This document shows positions 58,227 through 64,000 of a DNA stretch of 64,000 nucleotides, one piece after another. This DNA comes from an uncultured Armatimonadetes bacterium (lineage in GTDB: Bacteria; Armatimonadota; UBA5829; DTJY01). Below the pieces are notes generated by a model that was not told the origin of the DNA, did not search any database, and saw only the letters and a program-made list of their open reading frames with translations. The position numbers and the translations under genes were made by a program. Position 1 is the first letter of the stretch, and each line of letters begins with the position of its first letter. The stretch is taken from contig OY970325.1 of the NCBI GenBank assembly GCA_963717145.1, forward strand, positions 4,512,001 through 4,576,000, read 5' to 3'.

Positions 58227-61200
58227 ATGTCAATGTCATTACGCCAACTGCTGGCAGTAATATTCGCGCTTGTTCTTGTTACGCTCGGGCAGACGAACCC
58301 AGCCGCGGCCGCCAATCCGACGCCCGTGCAGTACTTCTATGTGCCGTTCCCCGAAGATCAGCTATTGGCGGGGCTTCAGGCAATAGAACTCGGTGGCTCG
58401 GAATCCGCGCCCGTCGACCCCGTCCAGACCTATATCTCAATCGCGGCTATCGCCAATGACACGATCGTCTACTACGATCAATGGGAGAACGGATACGATG
58501 CCGACATATCGAATCCGGTGAACCTGTACAACGTAGGCAACCTCGGTGGCACGCAGATCTGGGGCGATGCCGACGCTGCCAACGGGGCCCCTCCGGGCAT
58601 TCCCAGCGATGTAATCAACGCCGGGACGGTGATCATCCTGCAGAACGCCGTTACTACCACGAATCTCCTGGCCATTGACTTTGACGGTGGGGACAAGTTC
58701 GCGGCGACGAAGACGATTGCCGTGACCCGCGTTGGATACGCCGCAGGTCCGAACAGCCTGCTGGCGGGCGCCGTCGAAGTCTTCGATACCACCAACTGGG
58801 GGCTTGACCATCGTGCCCCGGTAGGTCAGGACATCCCTTCTGCCGACGATCACCAGATGTTTCAGTACACCGGTTTGGCGATTCTGGCGGGCGAACAGGG
58901 GGCCACCATACAGATCGATGCGGATGCGAACGGCGTCTTTGAGACGACGCAGACACTGACCGAGGGGCAGTCCTACTTTGTGAATGGCGGGGTCAATGTT
59001 GGGGGCAGGGTCCTGTCCGATGAGCTGGTTCAGGTGGACATGCTCACCGGCGACATCGCGTCCAACTACGAGAGCCGGGATTCCGAACTCCTGCCGATCA
59101 GCTTGTGGTTCAGTGACTATTACACGCCGGTCTCGACCTCAGCGACAGCCCAGAGCATCGCCGGGACCGCCACGACGGTCTGGCTCTACAACCCCGACGT
59201 CAGCGCCATCACCGTCCAGTATCAGACCCGGAACGGACTCGGCAACCTGACGACTACTCCCCTCACGGTTCCCGGCGGGCCTCAGGGCGGATACCTGTCG
59301 CAGGTCATACCTGACGGGTATGGGGCGCACTTCTCCACATCCGGAGCGAAGTTCTACCCGTTCTCGACCACCAACTCCACAGATACCGATACGGACGGCA
59401 ACCAGGCCTGGGACTGGGGGTTCACCCTCATTCCCAAGGATTCGTTGACGTCGCAGGCCTTGATCGGCCTCGGTATCGGCCGCGATCCCACCTCCGGCAG
59501 CAGTCCCAGTCAAGACGGCAATCCAATCTGGGTCACGCCCGTCGGCAACGGTGATACCCCGGTTACGGTCTATGTCGATTTTGATGCCAATCCCGCCACG
59601 GGCGCGCTCACCGATCCTAACGGCAACAAGTACGACCTCGCGCTGAGTCTCAAGGAACTGGAGCGGGCCAAGGTCTACGACACGACCGATGGTGACCAGA
59701 CCGGTACCCTGGTGTACGCCCTCGCGACCGGGGTCAAACTGGCGGTGGCCTGGGGACAGGACCCGCAGACGGCGAGCGCCGGCGCTCCGGGCCTGGACGT
59801 AGGCACGGGAGTACCTCCCGCGCCTGAGTTCTCCGCCGGCAAGAACGGCGTATTGTATACCGACACCGATGGCGATGGGTTTGTGAGCCCTGGTGACGTA
59901 CTGCTGTACACGATCGCCATCGACAACGTCAGCCGTGCCCCCGTGCCGGACGTCTTGCTCCAGGACACGGTGCCGGTAGACACGACTTACGTTCCCAACA
60001 CCACTTTCTTCACGAACGCCTCCAATGTTACGACCCAGATTCCCGACAACGGCGTGGGGACTGCATTCCCGCTGGACGGGAGCGGCATCATCCTGGATTC
60101 GATCACCGCACTTCCCGTTGGCGGCTCGTACGTGGTGACTTTCCGGGTCACGATCGATAGCTTCCCGAACCTGACTCCGGGCACGACGGAGATCATCAAC
60201 CTGGGCTCAGTCAGTGCCGTCGGCGAAACCACCGACCTCGAGGACCATACGCCACTGCACGGCCGCATCGGTGACTTCGTCTGGACCGACTCGAACGGCA
60301 ACGGTCTGCAGGATGTGAATGAGCCCGGCGTCAACGGTGTCACCGTCCGCCTCCTGGATGGCCTGGGCAATGTATTGGCCACGACCACGACGGCGAACAA
60401 CGGCATCGGCGATCCCGGCTACTACACATTCACCGGTCTCCTGGCGGGCTCGTACATCGTCGAGTTCGTTGCGCCCGGCGGCTACACTTTCACGGTGCAG
60501 AATGCCGATGCGCAGGGTCTCAACGGCGCCGTCAACTCCGACGCCAACATCACCACGGGCCGTACCGTCGTTTTCGCGTTGGCGGCGGGACAGACCAACA
60601 TGAACGCGGACGCCGGCTTCTTCATCCCGAATCCGTTGATTGACATTGTGAAGTCATTCGTCTGGACGACCGGGGATGGTGACCAAGTCGGCGACATTGT
60701 GACCTTCACCTTCACCGTGACGAACACCGGCAGTGTGACCCTGAACCCTGTCACGGTGACTGACGACCAGTTCGGTCCGATCACGCTGCTTGCGACGAGT
60801 CTCGCGCCCGGAGCGTTCACAACTGGTACCGCGACACTGACTCTGACCCAGGCCCTGCTGGACGCCGGCTCGCACACCAACATTGCCACTGCCCACGGAA
60901 CGCCGCCGATCGGGCCCGATGTGACCGACACGGACACCCGGACTGTCACCTTCACTGAGACTCCGTCCATTCACATTGCCAAGACATTCGAATGGACCAC
61001 CGGGAATGGCTCGCAGGTGGGCGATGTGGTGACCTTCACGTTCACAGTGACGAACACCGGCAATGTGACACTGAATCCTGTCACGGTGAACGATGACCAA
61101 CTGGGACCGATCACTCTACTCGCGACGAGTCTCGCGCCCGGGGCTTCCACGACGGGTACCGCAACATTGACTCTGACGCAGGCGCTGCTGGATGCGGGTT

Positions 61201-64000
61201 CGCACACCAACATCGCAACGGCGACCGGCACTCCGCCGAGCGGACCCGATGTGACCGATCCGGATACCCTGACTGTCACCTTCACTGAGACTCCGTCCAT
61301 CAGTATCCAGAAGACGTTTGCCTGGACGACCGGTGATGGCTCGCAAGTGGGTCATGAAGTGACTTACACCTACACGGTGACCAACACCGGCAATGTGACG
61401 CTGAATCCTGTCACGGTGAGTGATGACCAACTCGGTCCGATCACTCTGCTTGCGACGAGTCTCGCGCCCGGAGCGTTCACCACGGGCACCGCGACTTTGA
61501 CCGTGACCCAGGCGCTCATAGATTCCGTCTCGCAGACCAACATCGCGACCGCGACCGGCACGCCGCCAACCGGTCCCGATGTGACCGATACGGACTCCGA
61601 GACGGTTGACTTCATTCTGGGCCCGCACATAGATATCGAGAAGACCTTCGCCTGGACTACCGGCGATGGTTCACAGGTGGGCGATATAGTGACGTTCACG
61701 TTCACGGTGACCAACACCGGCAATGTAACGCTGAATCCCGTCACCGTGAGCGACGACCAGTTCGGACCGATCACGCTGCTCGCGACGAGTCTCGCGCCCG
61801 GAGCGTTCACCACGGGCACCGCGACATTGACTCTGACCCAGGTGCTGCTGGATGCCGGCACTCACACCAACATCGCGACCGCGACCGGCACGCCGCCGAC
61901 GGGACCCGATGTGACGGATGACGATACACAGATCGTCACTTTCACCACGACTCCGTCCATTCACATTGCCAAGTCATTCGAATGGACCACCGGGTTTGGT
62001 GATCAAGTCGGCGACATAGTGACCTTCACGTTCACGGTGACCAACACCGGCAATGTGACCCTGGACCCCGTCACGGTAAACGATGACCAACTTGGGCCGA
62101 TAACGCTGCTCGATACGAACCTCGCTCCCGGCGAGATGACGACCGGCACCGCGACTCTGACTCTGACCCAGGAACTGCTGGATGCCGGCACTCACACCAA
62201 CATCGCAACGGCCACCGGCACTCCGCCGAGCGGACCCGATGTGACCGACGAGGATACCCAGATCGTCACCTTCAATACGATGCCGTCCATTCACATTGCC
62301 AAGTCATTCGAGTGGACCACAGGCGATGGCTCGCAGGTGGGTGACATAGTGACCTTTACCTACACGGTGACGAACACCGGCAATGTGACGCTTGACCCTG
62401 TTACCGTGAGTGACGACCAACTCGGACCGATCACGCTGCTTGCGACGAGTCTCGCCCCCGGAGCGTCCACCACAGGAACCGCCACGTTGACCGTGACCCA
62501 GGCTCTGCTCGACGCCGGCTCGCACACCAACATCGCAACGGCGACCGGCACACCGCCGACCGGACCAGATGTGACAGATCCGGATGAGAAGACTGTGACC
62601 TTCGCGCAGACGCCGGGGATCAGTCTGGTCAAGTACGTCTCAGTCGATGGCGGCGCAACCTGGCATGACGCCAACGCCGCCCCGGGGATATATGCGATCA
62701 CGGGCCAGCCGGTGCAGTGGAAGTACGTAATCACTAACGTCGGCAACGTGACCCTGTCAAGTCTCACCTTGATCGACAGTGTGATCGGCCCGATAATACT
62801 CAGTCCCACAACCCTGGCTCCGCAGGCCGCGATCACTGTGTATCAGAGCGGCACGGTTATCAACGGCCAATATACCAACGTGGCCACGGTCACGGGCACG
62901 CCGTCCGTTGGAGACAACGTGCAGGCCAGCGACCCTGCCAACTACTTCGGCGAAGATGCGTCGATCTCGGTCGTGAAGTCGGTCAGCACGACCGCGAGCG
63001 GACCGTGGGATGACGCCAATTCGCCCCCGGGGCCGCAAGTGACGGTGGGCAGCGACGTCTACTTCCAGTTCGTCATCACCAATACTGGCTCGGTACCGTT
63101 GAGCGGGGTGACCCTGACCGACAGCGTCTATAATGCCGGTTCGACTCCGCCGTTCGTCCCGACTCCACCGATACCTGATCCGCTGGCGACATCGGCCACC
63201 TACACCTACGTCTACGGGCCGGTGACCGCCACCGCCGGCTTCCACACCGATATCGCCACGGCCACAGGCACGACCACGGGGGGGACTGACGTAACGGACA
63301 GCGATCCGGCGCATTTCTTCGACGAATTGCCTCCTCTCCTCCAAGCCTATCCGGGCGATTCGGGCGGAACGAACACCGCGTTTGCGGGCTATCTGGCTTC
63401 GCCCGGGGAAGTGATCAGTTCCGTTCCGGGCGTCTTCGTGATCGTCCCGCAGAATCCCGGAGATCCTGCATGGGCGAACTACGTACAGGCGTTTCAGGAC
63501 GAGGTAGATTACACTCTCAAGGACGTGACTCTCTGCAAGACCCATCCGGACATCATCCAGTGTGCGGACGTCTTCCCTTCAGGCGTGATCTGCCAGCAGG
63601 GAACGCCGAACATCCGGCTCCACTGGCCGCTGATGTATGAAGTGCCGGGCACGACTTGGACGCTGACGATCCTCTACGGCACGGGAACCCCGTATGACCC
63701 CGATGGCCCGGGTCCCGAGCCCCTGGGTTATGTGCATACCCAGGTGTGGACCTGGCAGGTGGATGCGACAGTTCAGAGCATGAAGGACCTGCTGGAGCTG
63801 TTCCACGAGACGCCGTTCGGCCTGGATGAAGTTCCTCTCATCTCAGATGAGGCGCTCTATCCAATCCTTCAGGCCAAACTCGATGCGATCCAGGACGCCC
63901 TCGATATGGATCCTCAAGACCTTGTCGGCGCGGGACAGATCCTCGGCGACTTCGAGATGGAGGTGATGGATGCCTGCATCGCTACCTCGCCGGCACGACC
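58227..64000 (+). CDS. Giant secreted repetitive surface protein (DUF11-like, SdrD-B-like and tandem Ig-like repeats); runs off right edge
   Basis: GGAGG RBS; MSMSLRQLLAVIFALVLV signal peptide; same frame at 60261 (GRIGDFVWTDSNGNGLQD) and 63900; absent from the ORF track, consistent with no stop in the window. Confidence 0.85.
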   Translation, partial: MSMSLRQLLAVIFALVLVTLGQTNPAAAANPTPVQYFYVPFPEDQLLAGLQAIELGGSESAPVDPVQTYISIAAIANDTIVYYDQWENGYDADISNPVNLYNVGNLGGTQIWGDADAANGAPPGIPSDVINAGTVIILQNAVTTTNLLAIDFDGGDKFAATKTIAVTRVGYAAGPNSLLAGAVEVFDTTNWGLDHRAPVGQDIPSADDHQMFQYTGLAILAGEQGATIQIDADANGVFETTQTLTEGQSYFVNGGVNVGGRVLSDELVQVDMLTGDIASNYESRDSELLPISLWFSDYYTPVSTSATAQSIAGTATTVWLYNPDVSAITVQYQTRNGLGNLTTTPLTVPGGPQGGYLSQVIPDGYGAHFSTSGAKFYPFSTTNSTDTDTDGNQAWDWGFTLIPKDSLTSQALIGLGIGRDPTSGSSPSQDGNPIWVTPVGNGDTPVTVYVDFDANPATGALTDPNGNKYDLALSLKELERAKVYDTTDGDQTGTLVYALATGVKLAVAWGQDPQTASAGAPGLDVGTGVPPAPEFSAGKNGVLYTDTDGDGFVSPGDVLLYTIAIDNVSRAPVPDVLLQDTVPVDTTYVPNTTFFTNASNVTTQIPDNGVGTAFPLDGSGIILDSITALPVGGSYVVTFRVTIDSFPNLTPGTTEIINLGSVSAVGETTDLEDHTPLHGRIGDFVWTDSNGNGLQDVNEPGVNGVTVRLLDGLGNVLATTTTANNGIGDPGYYTFTGLLAGSYIVEFVAPGGYTFTVQNADAQGLNGAVNSDANITTGRTVVFALAAGQTNMNADAGFFIPNPLIDIVKSFVWTTGDGDQVGDIVTFTFTVTNTGSVTLNPVTVTDDQFGPITLLATSLAPGAFTTGTATLTLTQALLDAGSHTNIATAHGTPPIGPDVTDTDTRTVTFTETPSIHIAKTFEWTTGNGSQVGDVVTFTFTVTNTGNVTLNPVTVNDDQLGPITLLATSLAPGASTTGTATLTLTQALLDAGSHTNIATATGTPPSGPDVTDPDTLTVTFTETPSISIQKTFAWTTGDGSQVGHEVTYTYTVTNTGNVTLNPVTVSDDQLGPITLLATSLAPGAFTTGTATLTVTQALIDSVSQTNIATATGTPPTGPDVTDTDSETVDFILGPHIDIEKTFAWTTGDGSQVGDIVTFTFTVTNTGNVTLNPVTVSDDQFGPITLLATSLAPGAFTTGTATLTLTQVLLDAGTHTNIATATGTPPTGPDVTDDDTQIVTFTTTPSIHIAKSFEWTTGFGDQVGDIVTFTFTVTNTGNVTLDPVTVNDDQLGPITLLDTNLAPGEMTTGTATLTLTQELLDAGTHTNIATATGTPPSGPDVTDEDTQIVTFNTMPSIHIAKSFEWTTGDGSQVGDIVTFTYTVTNTGNVTLDPVTVSDDQLGPITLLATSLAPGASTTGTATLTVTQALLDAGSHTNIATATGTPPTGPDVTDPDEKTVTFAQTPGISLVKYVSVDGGATWHDANAAPGIYAITGQPVQWKYVITNVGNVTLSSLTLIDSVIGPIILSPTTLAPQAAITVYQSGTVINGQYTNVATVTGTPSVGDNVQASDPANYFGEDASISVVKSVSTTASGPWDDANSPPGPQVTVGSDVYFQFVITNTGSVPLSGVTLTDSVYNAGSTPPFVPTPPIPDPLATSATYTYVYGPVTATAGFHTDIATATGTTTGGTDVTDSDPAHFFDELPPLLQAYPGDSGGTNTAFAGYLASPGEVISSVPGVFVIVPQNPGDPAWANYVQAFQDEVDYTLKDVTLCKTHPDIIQCADVFPSGVICQQGTPNIRLHWPLMYEVPGTTWTLTILYGTGTPYDPDGPGPEPLGYVHTQVWTWQVDATVQSMKDLLELFHETPFGLDEVPLISDEALYPILQAKLDAIQDALDMDPQDLVGAGQILGDFEMEVMDACIATSPAR
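60631..62610 (+). repeat. Six tandem 330-bp (110-aa) intragenic repeats
   Basis: Recurring VGDIVTFTFTVTNTGNVTL...HTNIATATGTPP...DVTD at 330-bp period. Confidence 0.9.

Overview
GC-rich bacterial chromosomal window (style reminiscent of Armatimonadota; inference only). Left to right: a minus-strand ABC exporter-type operon; a type IV pilus assembly operon (pilM-N-O-P-like-pilQ-pilB-pilT-pilC) ending in a group-3 sigma factor fused to a degenerate GGDEF domain; a glycoside hydrolase/sugar ABC operon whose genes are separated by two ~8.6-8.8 kb blocks (block 1: three S74-chaperone fibre genes, an M23 peptidase, a 21-bp-period GTAGTA array upstream of an uncharacterised gene, and HicB-like/MNT/HEPN genes; block 2: beta-propeller protein, M48 peptidase, P-type ATPase, two-component system); two secreted glycoside hydrolase-like genes; an ASCH gene; four tRNAs; nucleotide-sugar genes; an ISKra4-type IS interrupting a membrane protein gene; comF; and a giant repetitive surface protein running off the right end. 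Intergenic DNA is full of REP/REPIN-like palindromes and heptamer repeats, several of which sit in-frame inside proteins. The most unusual signals are the phased GTAGTA array with its downstream gene, the sigma-GGDEF fusion, the palindrome-invaded substrate-binding protein, and the fibre trio. Four single-base frameshifts in short G/C runs are probably sequencing errors. All calls were made by eye, without database searches.
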